Assembly (NCBI GenBank): GCA_964007735.1
Contig: CAXGAI010000001.1
Location: 129,798 to 193,797, forward strand
Source: an uncultured Rhodopirellula sp.
GTDB taxonomy: Bacteria > Planctomycetota > Planctomycetia > Pirellulales > Pirellulaceae
Length of the DNA stretch: 64,000 bases
Direction of reading: 5' to 3'
Part shown: one piece after another, positions 50,137 to 60,185 of the stretch
How the letters are laid out: every line of letters starts with the position of its first letter
How positions within the stretch are numbered: the stretch's first letter is position 1
Translations under genes and position numbers: made by a program
The notes under the pieces: generated by a model
What the model saw: the letters and a program-made list of their open reading frames with translations, nothing else
Database searches by the model: none
Told to the model about the DNA's origin: nothing

Positions 50137-51895
50137 GCTGCCACCATGAATTTGCCTGAGCTTCAAATCCCTTTCGTTCGACGGCCGAAAAATTTGGTGA
50201 TGAGAACTGAATAACAAGAGTTGTAAACGCCACGACAGCGGGCATTAACGGTTGAGGGGCAACCGGGAGGAACCAGGCAACCATTGCAAATATCATCGCT
50301 GCCAACAGGTCATAGCGCGCGTTGCGAGCAGGCGTGGCGTGTAACCACCAGCGACAAAACCCAAATAACAGACCGGTGAATACAGCATAATGGACGTAGG
50401 ATGGCCGGCCTTCCGAAGTAAACTGCCATTGCTCCAGCACCCACGGCCAGTAGCTGTTTCCCGAGTGAAGATCATTAAAATCCAAGTGCAGGAAATTACC
50501 GATGGCTAATTGCAGCGCTCCCAGCCCCGTGCCAACACCGAACATGACAAGCCGTTTCGAGTGTTCATCATCGGAAGATGCCTCCCAAAGCTTGCCCGTT
50601 ACCAGCACCATCCAGCTACTGAGCATGATCACCGACATGATCCAAATATACCATTGAGTTGTCTGGACAGTGGTGAGGTTTTGATTTGTGAGGTAGACAC
50701 CAAAAATTAAGGTCGAACTGGCAGCCGCCCCGACGACAGCTCGGACCATCGATGATGTGAGTTCACTGAGCCGTTGTGAACGATCTTTGGTCCGCATTTC
50801 AAGGATTGCCACGTCAGTCCATTTCATACTCTTAGGCACTGCTGGAACCGCTGATACATAACGGGGCGGAGGGGGTGAGGGTTCCCGTATCACTGGAGCG
50901 GCGCCAAGGACAGGCACATTAGTCAATGTGGGGACAAAGGATTGAGTCTTCGAGGGCAAAATAGAAGTGCTGGCCGGTGCGGTTTCCTCTGCATCCGTTG
51001 CATTGGTCTTTCGCGATGGTGTCTGCGATGAATCAATATGCCGGGCAAGGTCAGAATGATTGAGATACTCGTTGGGAAATTGAGGGCGATGAATACCTTG
51101 AGTTAATGGGTAATTCGGAGTCGGTACGTCCAGCATCATTTCCACGACTGTCTGATAACGCTTTTCTGGATCTTTTTCTAGTGCGCGCTCAATCGCAGAC
51201 CGAAATGTCTCCGGAATATTGGAGAGATTCGGTCGCTGCGTCAGGTGTTTTGTAAGAATTTCCGCGTCAGACTCACCATCAAAAGGAATATCTCCAGTCA
51301 GTAATTCGTAGAGGATAATTCCCAGAGCGTAGATGTCGATTTGTCGGCCGTAGTTACCACGTCCAATTTCCGGAGCCATGTAACGACAGGTACCAATAGT
51401 ACGGGTGTTGTTGTGCTGCTGACTGTGTGAAATCAGCTTGGAAAGTCCGTAGTCACCGACTTTTACATGGCCTTCACCGAAAAAAACATTGCCGGGCTTG
51501 AGGTCGCGATGTACATAACCGTTATCGTGTAAGCGATGGACGCCACTGGCGATGGAAAAGAACCAGGCGGCTGCTTCATCTATTGAAAGTCCTTCGGGAT
51601 TCTTTGTTAATACATCACGCAGGCTATTCCCAGACATGTATTCCATGATGATCCACGATTCATCATGTTCTTCAACGTGTTTGATATCGTATAGCAGAAC
51701 GAGGTTTTGGTGATTGATATTGAGAACCAGACTATCACCACGGTCAGAGTCCATGAAGTCGACTTTTTTAAGGGCAACCTCTCTACCGGCATCACTCACG
51801 GCGAAATAGACTTCCCCGAAGCCTCCTCGTCCAAGCCCTCGCTTGATGGTGAAACCATCCAGAGGTGTATCGCCAGTGGAATAAGTAAATTTCAT
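50126..51895 (-). CDS. Membrane-bound Hanks-type Ser/Thr protein kinase
   Basis: LGRGGFGEVY, VALK, HRDLKPGN, GDYGL, GTCRYMAPE, DIYALG; about 6 C-terminal TM helices. Confidence 0.95.
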   Translation of the reverse strand: MKFTYSTGDTPLDGFTIKRGLGRGGFGEVYFAVSDAGREVALKKVDFMDSDRGDSLVLNINHQNLVLLYDIKHVEEHDESWIIMEYMSGNSLRDVLTKNPEGLSIDEAAAWFFSIASGVHRLHDNGYVHRDLKPGNVFFGEGHVKVGDYGLSKLISHSQQHNNTRTIGTCRYMAPEIGRGNYGRQIDIYALGIILYELLTGDIPFDGESDAEILTKHLTQRPNLSNIPETFRSAIERALEKDPEKRYQTVVEMMLDVPTPNYPLTQGIHRPQFPNEYLNHSDLARHIDSSQTPSRKTNATDAEETAPASTSILPSKTQSFVPTLTNVPVLGAAPVIREPSPPPPRYVSAVPAVPKSMKWTDVAILEMRTKDRSQRLSELTSSMVRAVVGAAASSTLIFGVYLTNQNLTTVQTTQWYIWIMSVIMLSSWMVLVTGKLWEASSDDEHSKRLVMFGVGTGLGALQLAIGNFLHLDFNDLHSGNSYWPWVLEQWQFTSEGRPSYVHYAVFTGLLFGFCRWWLHATPARNARYDLLAAMIFAMVAWFLPVAPQPLMPAVVAFTTLVIQFSSPNFSAVERKGFEAQANSWWQHGT

Positions 51896-51974
51896 GTTTC
51901 TATTATGGGGGAAAGTATTATGTTTCTTAGGCTAGTTTCCAGAATAATCAACTGGGTAGATAGTTTTGGCAGAT

Positions 51975-52694
51975 TTAATATGCGTCTTCCAGACTAAAGG
52001 ATATTCGATCACTTTTAACTTGCGAGCCGTAAAATAGCTCACCGCCCGACTGCTCCATCATGCCATCTAGATTGACTTGTTGATCTGATCGACACAGGAG
52101 TTTTTTATTTTGGAGGTATAAAACTATTTGGTGCTCGTCACCATGATAGACAATATGATTGGCCATATTATTCCCAATAATTAGCGTGTCACTCATCAGC
52201 ACGATGGCATCCGTATATGGGCTTGTCCGGCTTTGGCCAATCAGATCCAGTCGGGCGCTGGTGCTGAGTGGATGAGGTTTGGTGAATTGGAGTTCGGCCG
52301 TTCCTAATGAAATCACGTCTCCATGATGTAACAATGTGGGGGATTTAATTTCCTGGTTTTGTACGAGGACCGGAGCCAGTGGCTCAATAATGTAATCTCC
52401 TTCTTCACCCTCTCGCTTCAACCTGGCATGCTTGCTGGAAATATCAGCAAGCAAAGGGATATCGACCTTTGAACCGGGGCGTGCCTGACCAATGCTTAGT
52501 TGATTGTTGAGACAAACCAGATAGCCACCGACAGCATCGACCCACATTAAAAATCGACTAGAGATGGCTTTCATAATCTTCTCGTTTGTCCGGAAAAAAT
52601 AATGACCGTTGTTAGCGACGTTTGGAGGAGGAAAATCCAGAACACGAGTGGAATTTGTGACGGCCTGACACCGTTTCAATCCTGTTGTATTCAT
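51975..52694 (-). CDS. FHA-domain protein
   Basis: LSIGQ…DIPLLADISSKHARL…LHHGDVISLG FHA-like pattern; start either ATG 52694 (strong GAGGAGG SD) or 52574. Confidence 0.75.
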   Translation of the reverse strand: MNTTGLKRCQAVTNSTRVLDFPPPNVANNGHYFFRTNEKIMKAISSRFLMWVDAVGGYLVCLNNQLSIGQARPGSKVDIPLLADISSKHARLKREGEEGDYIIEPLAPVLVQNQEIKSPTLLHHGDVISLGTAELQFTKPHPLSTSARLDLIGQSRTSPYTDAIVLMSDTLIIGNNMANHIVYHGDEHQIVLYLQNKKLLCRSDQQVNLDGMMEQSGGELFYGSQVKSDRISFSLEDAY

Positions 52695-52696
52695 TG

Positions 52697-52790
52697 GTGC
52701 CTCCTCTGTTATTTTATCAGCTTTGGTTACCCGCGCAGGGAAAGAGGTCCACGCTTGAGCGTGAACCCCATTCCCCGTACTCGGAGGCAC
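52697..52790 (-). promoter_or_regulatory. Structured intergenic RNA element sequestering a Shine-Dalgarno
   Basis: GTGCCTCC/GGAGGCAC perfect 8-bp outer stem containing the SD; inner ~19-bp hairpin with G-U pairs on the minus strand. Confidence 0.5.
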
Positions 52791-53603
52791 TTATTTGCCT
52801 GCTAGCTTGGTCTTGGGAGATTTCTTCTCCGGAGAACCGAAGTAGTCAGCCACTTCGTCGAGGATATCTGCCTTCGATTCAGTTTCCACTGGGATACGGT
52901 CCAGGGTCTGATTGGTCACATGAGACATTTTTTCCTCTGTGCTTAGACGCGAGTCGAGATTGTCGATCAAGGCATTAGCCTTGGCAAGCTGACTATCGTC
53001 AATTTCATACTCACTTGCAGACTTAGTAACTTCGATCATCTTATTGCGAGCAGCAAGATTTTCGATTTCAACTCGCAGCTTTCGCTGTGAAGCCTGCATA
53101 GCTGCCAGTCGACCGCGAACCGTTTTCAGGTTGTCCATTCGAGTGACATGAAGTTTTCTAAGGTTGGCCATAGTTTCGTTATCCGTTTTGAACTCATCGA
53201 AGCGATTCGTTAGATCCCGCTTCACATCGTTCGCAGAATATTCGATACCGTGGTAGGTCACATATTCAACACCAGATGAGAGGTCTGCATTGAGCCGCTT
53301 GATTGACTTTTCATCTTCAGCTAATTTCTCTTCAAATTGAGAGATGTTAGCTTCAAGCTTTTCGATCTCGACTTCTTCGCGAGCGATCAGCTCCATGTTT
53401 TTGCGAATCTCAGGTGTGATATCTGAGATTTCCTGGCGTGCTCGTTCCAACTCGAATTCCACCGGGACGGAATTTTTGACGGAGTCCCGAACACTAGCTA
53501 CGGAAGTGGTTACATAACTTGTTGCATCGCTGCCGAATAGCAGTGCAAGTAGCAGCATGACTGCAGCGGCACCGCCTCCGACATACAAAACTTTCTTTTT
53601 CAT
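52791..53603 (-). CDS. Membrane-anchored coiled-coil protein (PspA/IM30-like)
   Basis: SD AAAGGAG then MKKK + TM helix; VPVEFELERAR…long heptad coiled coil. Confidence 0.65.
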   Translation of the reverse strand: MKKKVLYVGGGAAAVMLLLALLFGSDATSYVTTSVASVRDSVKNSVPVEFELERARQEISDITPEIRKNMELIAREEVEIEKLEANISQFEEKLAEDEKSIKRLNADLSSGVEYVTYHGIEYSANDVKRDLTNRFDEFKTDNETMANLRKLHVTRMDNLKTVRGRLAAMQASQRKLRVEIENLAARNKMIEVTKSASEYEIDDSQLAKANALIDNLDSRLSTEEKMSHVTNQTLDRIPVETESKADILDEVADYFGSPEKKSPKTKLAGK

Positions 53604-53940
53604 CGTACTGTCTCCTTTCAAGAGAATCTGCGATTGAAATTGTGCATGCCTAACTGGTTTGTATTTCCAGTTGGAGGCAACATCCTGATAAACAAATGCT
53701 GAAGTCCATTTCAGCAGTACTAACACCCCCTTATTCGCAGCAGGCGATCGAATATTGGTAGCGCAGGAATAAAAAAGTATAAAAATCATCGCAGTGATGC
53801 AAAACACCATAAAAACAAGCTCTTTCACTGGATTTACAGCTTGGCCCACAACGAGAGAAGACTAAGAAACGGATGAATTTGGCTTATAATGAGGAAGCAG
53901 ACGCAGGGAGTCGTAATTCTTTGGCCAACCACAGATTCAA

Positions 53941-55158
53941 ATGAAACACAGTATCCATCCATTAGCGCGTATTCTTATCATGGCACTCGTCTTGATAACG
54001 ACAGCTGTTCCTAGTGATGCGCAAGAGCCGGCCACTCCACAAAACCCAGAGTACCAAAAGCTAGTCGAGCTCTTAGGTGACCCTTCGTTTCAGGTGCGAG
54101 AACGAGCTCATGAGACACTGGCTAAAATTGGCATGTCAGCTCGACGGGAATTAGCAGCGGGCTTGCGTAGCCCTGATCTTGAAATTCGCAGTCGAACACG
54201 TCGAATTTATGTTGACCTGATGTATGAAGATTTTGAGCAAAAGCTACAGCGGTTTATTGACGACTTGGATGGAAAGCTAGAACATGATCTGCCAGGCTGG
54301 GACTTGTATAAAGAGAAGATTGGTGCGAGTTCTGATGAAAGAAAGTTTTTTGCGACCATGGTGCGGGCAGAAGCCAGTTTACTAAGATCGATGGAGACGA
54401 AGAAGGGACTAGCTGAGCTTTTGCAGGAACGTGTTAAGCAGCTTCAACCTTATGGAAACTATACTCCCACGGGCCCTACTATTCCACAAGTTGAAAGTAT
54501 CGCTACCGTGATGCTGGGAGCTTTGCAACTTACAACGGCAGAACGTGAAACCTTAGTTTCCCCGGTCTACAATTTGCTGAACTACTCGAAGATTAAATCG
54601 CAGATTATTGATAAGCCGGATTCAGATGTTGGTAAACGCATGACGCGTAAATGGGCTGAAATAGCGGCCAAATCCCGCAACAAGACTTTAGGCTTGATGC
54701 TCATTCTGAATTATGGTTTTGAGCAGGCAGGCGTCAAAGTAGCTCGGGATTTGTTAACTAACACCACCAGTTATTCGACGAGTGAACAGTATGCAGCGAT
54801 TTGTGCCGCTCGATTTGGAGGACCAAATGAAGTGGAGTTGCTACTGCCGTTATTAACTCAAAAGACATTAGTGCATTCTTGGAGTACACCTCAGGCTGGT
54901 GGTAAACTCATTAAAACCCAACTAAGAGATACGGCTTTGATTATGTTGCTTCATCTTACCAAGCAAAATCCAAAAGACTATGGTTATCGTTTCTCGCGTC
55001 CTAGTCCGGTTTATGTCTATGAAGTGTACTCGTGTGGATTTACCGAGGACGAGAATCGGGCAAAGGCGCACCAGAAGTGGAGCACCTGGTGGAAGGAAAA
55101 TGGCAAGAGGTGGCTCGAAGAGAGTAGTAAGTCTAATGTCTCGAATGATTCAGAATAA
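53941..55158 (+). CDS. Secreted HEAT-repeat-like hypothetical protein
   Basis: Signal peptide; LVELLGDPSFQVRERAHETL…SPDLEIRSR HEAT-like repeat. Confidence 0.7.
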   Translation: MKHSIHPLARILIMALVLITTAVPSDAQEPATPQNPEYQKLVELLGDPSFQVRERAHETLAKIGMSARRELAAGLRSPDLEIRSRTRRIYVDLMYEDFEQKLQRFIDDLDGKLEHDLPGWDLYKEKIGASSDERKFFATMVRAEASLLRSMETKKGLAELLQERVKQLQPYGNYTPTGPTIPQVESIATVMLGALQLTTAERETLVSPVYNLLNYSKIKSQIIDKPDSDVGKRMTRKWAEIAAKSRNKTLGLMLILNYGFEQAGVKVARDLLTNTTSYSTSEQYAAICAARFGGPNEVELLLPLLTQKTLVHSWSTPQAGGKLIKTQLRDTALIMLLHLTKQNPKDYGYRFSRPSPVYVYEVYSCGFTEDENRAKAHQKWSTWWKENGKRWLEESSKSNVSNDSE

Positions 55159-55168
55159 GTAGCTACCC

Positions 55169-56266
55169 GTGCCAGAAGATAATCTCCGAGTAGAGCTGAC
55201 GGCTGCGGCACTTGAGATTCGTCAGTTGGCTGAACAGTCGAATCAGCGATTTGTTTTCGCTGAAAGCTGTACAAGCGGATTAGCCGCTTCATGGATTGGC
55301 AGCCAGCCTGGGATTTCAGAATATTTCTGTGGATCACATGTCTCCTATCGCAACGATTCGAAACGCCGTTGGTTACAGGTTTCTCCGGAAGATCTTGAAG
55401 CGGTTGGTGCAGTTAGTCCAGCTGTCGCCTTGCAAATGGCTCAAGGGGCCTTAAGTCAAACACCCGAGGCCAAGGTTGCAGTTTCGATTACGGGACATTT
55501 AGGGCCTGAAGCTCCGGATGGATTAGATGGAGTTATCTATATTGGCGTTGCTATACGATTAGATGCCGATTTAGAGGCTGCTTACCACCGCTTAGTCATT
55601 CCACCAGCCACGCGCGCAACCAGACAAGAAATGGCAACTTTGGCAATGCTTCGTGTTGTCCAGAGAACGTTGCAACTAATAATAGCAGTAGAAGAAGTTT
55701 GCAATCGCAACCAACGCTCTTCTGTTATTGGTGCGAGGCAAGTCGAAAATGTTCTGTCAGGCTCATTCAATCCCCTGCACGCCGGACATCTTGAAATGGC
55801 AGAGTTTGCTAGTCAGACCTTAGAGGGAAATGTGCATTTTGAATTGTCAGTGGAAAATGTCGATAAACCTGAGTTGAATCGGTCAGCCTGTGTGAAGCGA
55901 ATTTTACCGATATATTTGGCGCATGATGTCGTTCTGACACGGGCGCCCACGTTCCGTCAAAAAGCTGAATTGCTGGGCAGGGTTTGCTTTTTAGTCGGTG
56001 TTGATACGATTGGCCGAATTGCTGAAACTCGTTATTACACTGATCCAAGCGATCGTGATGCCGCGTTTCAGGAAATGTCGGACTGGAAGGTATGTTTTTT
56101 AGTTTTCGGTCGTACAATGGATGCTTCCTTTTCGACATCCACAGAGGATCAACCACAATTTACTCAGCTAGAAGATATGGAACTTCCGGACTCGCTGATA
56201 CAGATATGTAAGGGAGTTGGCGAAGATCAGTTTCGTCAGGATGTTTCTTCCAGGGATTTACGGTAA
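55169..56266 (+). CDS. CinA/PncC (NMN deamidase) domain fused to a NadD-like nucleotidyltransferase
   Basis: FAESCTSG, GAVS, SITGHLGP; then SGSFNPLHAGH, NVDKP, FLVGVDT, DVSSRDLR. Confidence 0.85.
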   Translation: MPEDNLRVELTAAALEIRQLAEQSNQRFVFAESCTSGLAASWIGSQPGISEYFCGSHVSYRNDSKRRWLQVSPEDLEAVGAVSPAVALQMAQGALSQTPEAKVAVSITGHLGPEAPDGLDGVIYIGVAIRLDADLEAAYHRLVIPPATRATRQEMATLAMLRVVQRTLQLIIAVEEVCNRNQRSSVIGARQVENVLSGSFNPLHAGHLEMAEFASQTLEGNVHFELSVENVDKPELNRSACVKRILPIYLAHDVVLTRAPTFRQKAELLGRVCFLVGVDTIGRIAETRYYTDPSDRDAAFQEMSDWKVCFLVFGRTMDASFSTSTEDQPQFTQLEDMELPDSLIQICKGVGEDQFRQDVSSRDLR

Positions 56267-56278
56267 ACGGACGGGCAG

Positions 56279-57229
56279 TTGGAACAGCACACCACTCCTC
56301 AGGGAGTAGATTTGTATCGACGCGGTATTTTACTGGGCGCCGTATCCTCGATTGGATATTCCGCGGCTAATGTTTTTCTGCGTGCTGTGGATGATTGCGA
56401 CCCGGTTTGGGTGAGTTGTATTAAAGCGGTCCCTACGATTTTGGTTGTCTTTCCCTGGTTGGTGTGGCGATACCAAAAAGTTGAAAGTAAATTCTGTCCG
56501 CCCAAGCTAGTGTTAGGCTTGGTATTGTTATCCATGACTTCCCATTTTCTGGGCAACGTCGGCTTTCAATGGTCGCTCAATAAAATTGGCATCAGTTTGG
56601 CAGTTCCAATCTGCTTAGGAGTGTTGATTGTGACGGGAGCCTTAGTGGATTGGTGGTTTTTAAAGGATAAGCCGTCACGGAGGACAATGTGGTCTATGGC
56701 GATTTTGATCACGGCCGTTGTGGTCTTGTCGATTGGTGGAAAAGAGGCATTCGCTCAATTAAAGAAAACACTGGAGGACCCTGATTCGAACCCTTATTTA
56801 TTAGCGTTGGCGGTGGGCGCTGTGATTGTTTCCGGAATTAATTATGGCTTCTTTGGTGCGGTAATTAAGGTGGTTGGTAATCGAGATGTTTCCCAGCCGG
56901 CGATCATGACAATCATCAGCGTGACAGGATTTCTATTTTTATTGGTGATCAGTGCTTTAAACGGATCGTGGCGAGTAGAGCGCAATTTAGAAGTGGAGAA
57001 TCTACTGCACATGACACTGGCGGGCATTTGTAATGCGATTGCCTTTGTTGCCTTGGTTTCGGCTATCAAGATTCTTTCCGTGACTCGTTACAACCTTGTA
57101 AATGCGAGCCAGGCAGCTTTAGGCGCCATTACGGGAGCGGTAATTTTCCATGAACCAGTCAGTAGTTGGATGGTCGGAGGTATTGTTCTGACCGTCGTAG
57201 GGTTGATGGTGATGAAGAGAAATAAGTGA
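56279..57229 (+). CDS. DMT/EamA family transporter
   Basis: About 10 TM helices in two repeats; ends IFHEPVS…GGIVLTVVGL. Confidence 0.85.
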   Translation: MEQHTTPQGVDLYRRGILLGAVSSIGYSAANVFLRAVDDCDPVWVSCIKAVPTILVVFPWLVWRYQKVESKFCPPKLVLGLVLLSMTSHFLGNVGFQWSLNKIGISLAVPICLGVLIVTGALVDWWFLKDKPSRRTMWSMAILITAVVVLSIGGKEAFAQLKKTLEDPDSNPYLLALAVGAVIVSGINYGFFGAVIKVVGNRDVSQPAIMTIISVTGFLFLLVISALNGSWRVERNLEVENLLHMTLAGICNAIAFVALVSAIKILSVTRYNLVNASQAALGAITGAVIFHEPVSSWMVGGIVLTVVGLMVMKRNK

Positions 57230-57326
57230 CCTTCTTCCAAACACAAAATAGAATAATTCCAGATTGCCTGACGGTTGTCTAAAATGGAAGAGAGAGCAAG
57301 CCATTGGTTAGGAGTCAGTTTCACAG

Positions 57327-58346
57327 ATGTCTTCTGTAGATAGCCCAGTCCTTCCGGCCTACCTCGGAGTTGATGTAGGCGGAACAAGTATTAAGATCGG
57401 GATCGTTGATGATACCGGTAGAAGTCTTGCGCATGGGAAAATCGCGACAGAGCACGAAAAGGGGCCTGAAGACGGTGTCGCTAGAATCCTTTCATTTTCA
57501 AAGGGTCTCTTAGAAGAAGCTGGGGTTGTCTGGAAGGATATTCGAGCTGTTGGTCTAGGGACACCTGGGACGATGAATGTCAAAGAGGGTGAGCTTCTTC
57601 ATATGCCAAATATGAGCGGCTGGAATTTTTTCCCAATTCGTAGCTATGTCGAAGAGCAATCAGAAAAGCCTGTCGCTTTTATCAACGACGGTAATGCCGC
57701 AGCGTATGGTGAGTATTGGGTCGGTCGCGGGCGTGAACACGACAGCTTAGTAATGTTCACTCTTGGTACTGGTGTCGGCGGTGGAATCATCCTAGAGGAT
57801 ATTGCGTTGCATGGAGAGAATAGCCATGGCAGCGAGTGTGGCCATATCATCATCGATAGTAGTCCTGATGCACGGATTTGTCCCTGTGGCCAGCGGGGCC
57901 ATCTGGAGGCTTATGTTAGTGCCACGAGCCTGGTCAAACGGGCCAAGGAGCGGCTGTCAGCAGGTGAAACCTCGTCGTTAACAAGTGTTCTACGGGAAGA
58001 TGGTGTAATGACCGCACTTGATATTGCAAATCATGCTGAGCAGGGCGATATCTTCGCTAAAGATCTGGTAGTGGAAACTGCCGAGTTCTTGAGCCGGGGC
58101 ATTACGACGATGATGCATATTATTGATCCGGCGATTGTTGTTCTGGGTGGAGGAATGAATTTTGGCGGTAGTGCTTCTCCAATTGGTCAGATATTTTTAG
58201 AGACTATTCGCAGGACAGTGACAGAGTTGACCTTCCCAGTTCTGGCAGAAAATACGATTATAGATTTTGCGACGCTTGGCAGCTCTTGCGGATATATAGG
58301 AGCGGCGGGGGTTGCTCGTAAACAATATGGCCAAATTTCTTCCTAG
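57327..58346 (+). CDS. ROK family sugar kinase (glucokinase-like)
   Basis: LGVDVGGT, NDGNAAAYGE, TLGTGVGGG, ECGH, CPCGQRGHLEAY. Confidence 0.93.
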   Translation: MSSVDSPVLPAYLGVDVGGTSIKIGIVDDTGRSLAHGKIATEHEKGPEDGVARILSFSKGLLEEAGVVWKDIRAVGLGTPGTMNVKEGELLHMPNMSGWNFFPIRSYVEEQSEKPVAFINDGNAAAYGEYWVGRGREHDSLVMFTLGTGVGGGIILEDIALHGENSHGSECGHIIIDSSPDARICPCGQRGHLEAYVSATSLVKRAKERLSAGETSSLTSVLREDGVMTALDIANHAEQGDIFAKDLVVETAEFLSRGITTMMHIIDPAIVVLGGGMNFGGSASPIGQIFLETIRRTVTELTFPVLAENTIIDFATLGSSCGYIGAAGVARKQYGQISS

Positions 58347-58377
58347 CCTAAAAAATAGAGACGGACAGATCGGTTCA

Positions 58378-60180
58378 ATGGATTGCCGCAACATTAGAAA
58401 CTTCAGCATCATCGCTCATATTGACCATGGTAAAAGTACGCTGGCAGACCGACTGCTGGAATACACCGGAACCGTATCGGAGCGAGAAATGAAGGAACAA
58501 ATGCTGGATGATATGCAGCTTGAACGGGATCGTGGTATCACGATTAAAGCTCGCAGTGTCAGTGTTGAGTACAAACGTGGGAAGGAAATATACCAGCTCA
58601 ACCTGATTGACACTCCAGGTCATGTCGACTTTCAATACGAAGTATCACGAGCGCTGACATGTTGCGAAGGAGCACTTTTATTGGTCGATGCGTTTCAGGG
58701 CGTTGAGGCTCAGACAGTTGCTAATGGCTATAACGCCTTTGATCATGATTTGGCGATTATCCCGGTCATTAACAAGATTGATCTGGATTATGCGCGCGTT
58801 GATGAAGTCATCGAGGAAATTGAACAGCAGTTTGGCTTGGGGGACGCTGAGGTTCAAAAGGTAAGTGCCAAGGAAGGTATCGGCATCGAAGGCTTATTGG
58901 ATTCAATCATTAAGAATGTGCCTCCGCCGAAAGGTAATCCCAAGGCTGAGTTAGCCGCAATGGTTTTTGATTCTCATTATGACGAATTCCGTGGAGCGAT
59001 TACGTATCTCCGCGTGATGGAAGGAACGATTCGCAAAGGCGATAAGATTAAGTTTATTCGCGCCGGTTCCACGCATGATGTGATCGAGATCGGGCAATTT
59101 ACCCCCCAGCAGACACCATGCGATGAACTTCAGGCAGGACAGGTGGGTTATGTGATTTGTAATATCAAGTCACTCGAGATGGTACACATTGGAGATACAT
59201 TGTGTCTCAGCAAGTCCGAAGTCGAGCCCTTACCCGGTTATCAAGAACCAAAACGCATGGTTTATTGCGGCCTCTATCCTTCAGATGGTCAGGATTTTAA
59301 AGAACTGCGAGATGCTTTAGGACGCCTGAAGATAAATGATCCAAGTTTCGAATTTGAAGCTGAGACCAGTGAAGCTTTGGGGTTTGGATTTCGGTGTGGA
59401 TTTCTTGGCTTATTGCATATGGAAATTGTGCAGCAACGTTTAGAACAGGAGTCCGATGTTGACCTGATACAAACTGCGCCCAACGTAACTTATGAAGTCA
59501 CAAAAAAAGATGGGACAGAGTTGCGAATTCATCGCCCTCAGGAGGTGCCGGAGCCAGGCGATATCCTTGAGTTTCGTCAGCCGATCGTCCGAGTTAACTT
59601 TATTACGCCGGGGGAATACGTTGGCGCTATTATGAAGTTATGCAATGAACGTCGCGGGGTGCAGCAGTCACAGGAATACATCTCTCCAACTCGCATGATG
59701 TTATCCTATGATCTGCCACTGGCAGAAGTCATCTATGACCTGCACGATAAGCTTAAGAGTTCAACTCGTGGCTATGGAACAATGGATTACGAGATTATTG
59801 GTTATCAGGCAGCTGATCTGGTTCGTATGGATATTCTGGTAAACGGTAATCGAGTTGACGCATTGAGCGTGATTTGCCACCGGGCCGATTCTCAGGTACG
59901 TGGGCGGGCTGTTTGCAAAAAGCTCAAGCAGGAGATTGATCGTCACATGTTCGAAGTGGCCGTTCAGGCTGCAATTGGCGCTAAGATTATTGCCCGAGAA
60001 ACTGTTCGCGCTCTTCGTAAAAACGTGACTGCAAAATGCTATGGCGGTGATATTTCACGAAAGAAGAAACTTTGGGCGAAACAACGCGAAGGTAAAAAAC
60101 GAATGAAGAGTATCGGCAGTGTGGATATTCCTCAAAAGGCCTTTATGGCAGTGCTGGATAAAGGCCAGGAAAAGAATTAA
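58378..60180 (+). CDS. lepA: Elongation factor 4
   Basis: IRNFSIIAHIDHGKSTLADR, DTPGHVDF, GFRCGFLGLLH, KCYGGDISRK. Confidence 0.98.
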   Translation: MDCRNIRNFSIIAHIDHGKSTLADRLLEYTGTVSEREMKEQMLDDMQLERDRGITIKARSVSVEYKRGKEIYQLNLIDTPGHVDFQYEVSRALTCCEGALLLVDAFQGVEAQTVANGYNAFDHDLAIIPVINKIDLDYARVDEVIEEIEQQFGLGDAEVQKVSAKEGIGIEGLLDSIIKNVPPPKGNPKAELAAMVFDSHYDEFRGAITYLRVMEGTIRKGDKIKFIRAGSTHDVIEIGQFTPQQTPCDELQAGQVGYVICNIKSLEMVHIGDTLCLSKSEVEPLPGYQEPKRMVYCGLYPSDGQDFKELRDALGRLKINDPSFEFEAETSEALGFGFRCGFLGLLHMEIVQQRLEQESDVDLIQTAPNVTYEVTKKDGTELRIHRPQEVPEPGDILEFRQPIVRVNFITPGEYVGAIMKLCNERRGVQQSQEYISPTRMMLSYDLPLAEVIYDLHDKLKSSTRGYGTMDYEIIGYQAADLVRMDILVNGNRVDALSVICHRADSQVRGRAVCKKLKQEIDRHMFEVAVQAAIGAKIIARETVRALRKNVTAKCYGGDISRKKKLWAKQREGKKRMKSIGSVDIPQKAFMAVLDKGQEKN

Positions 60181-60185
60181 GCAAA

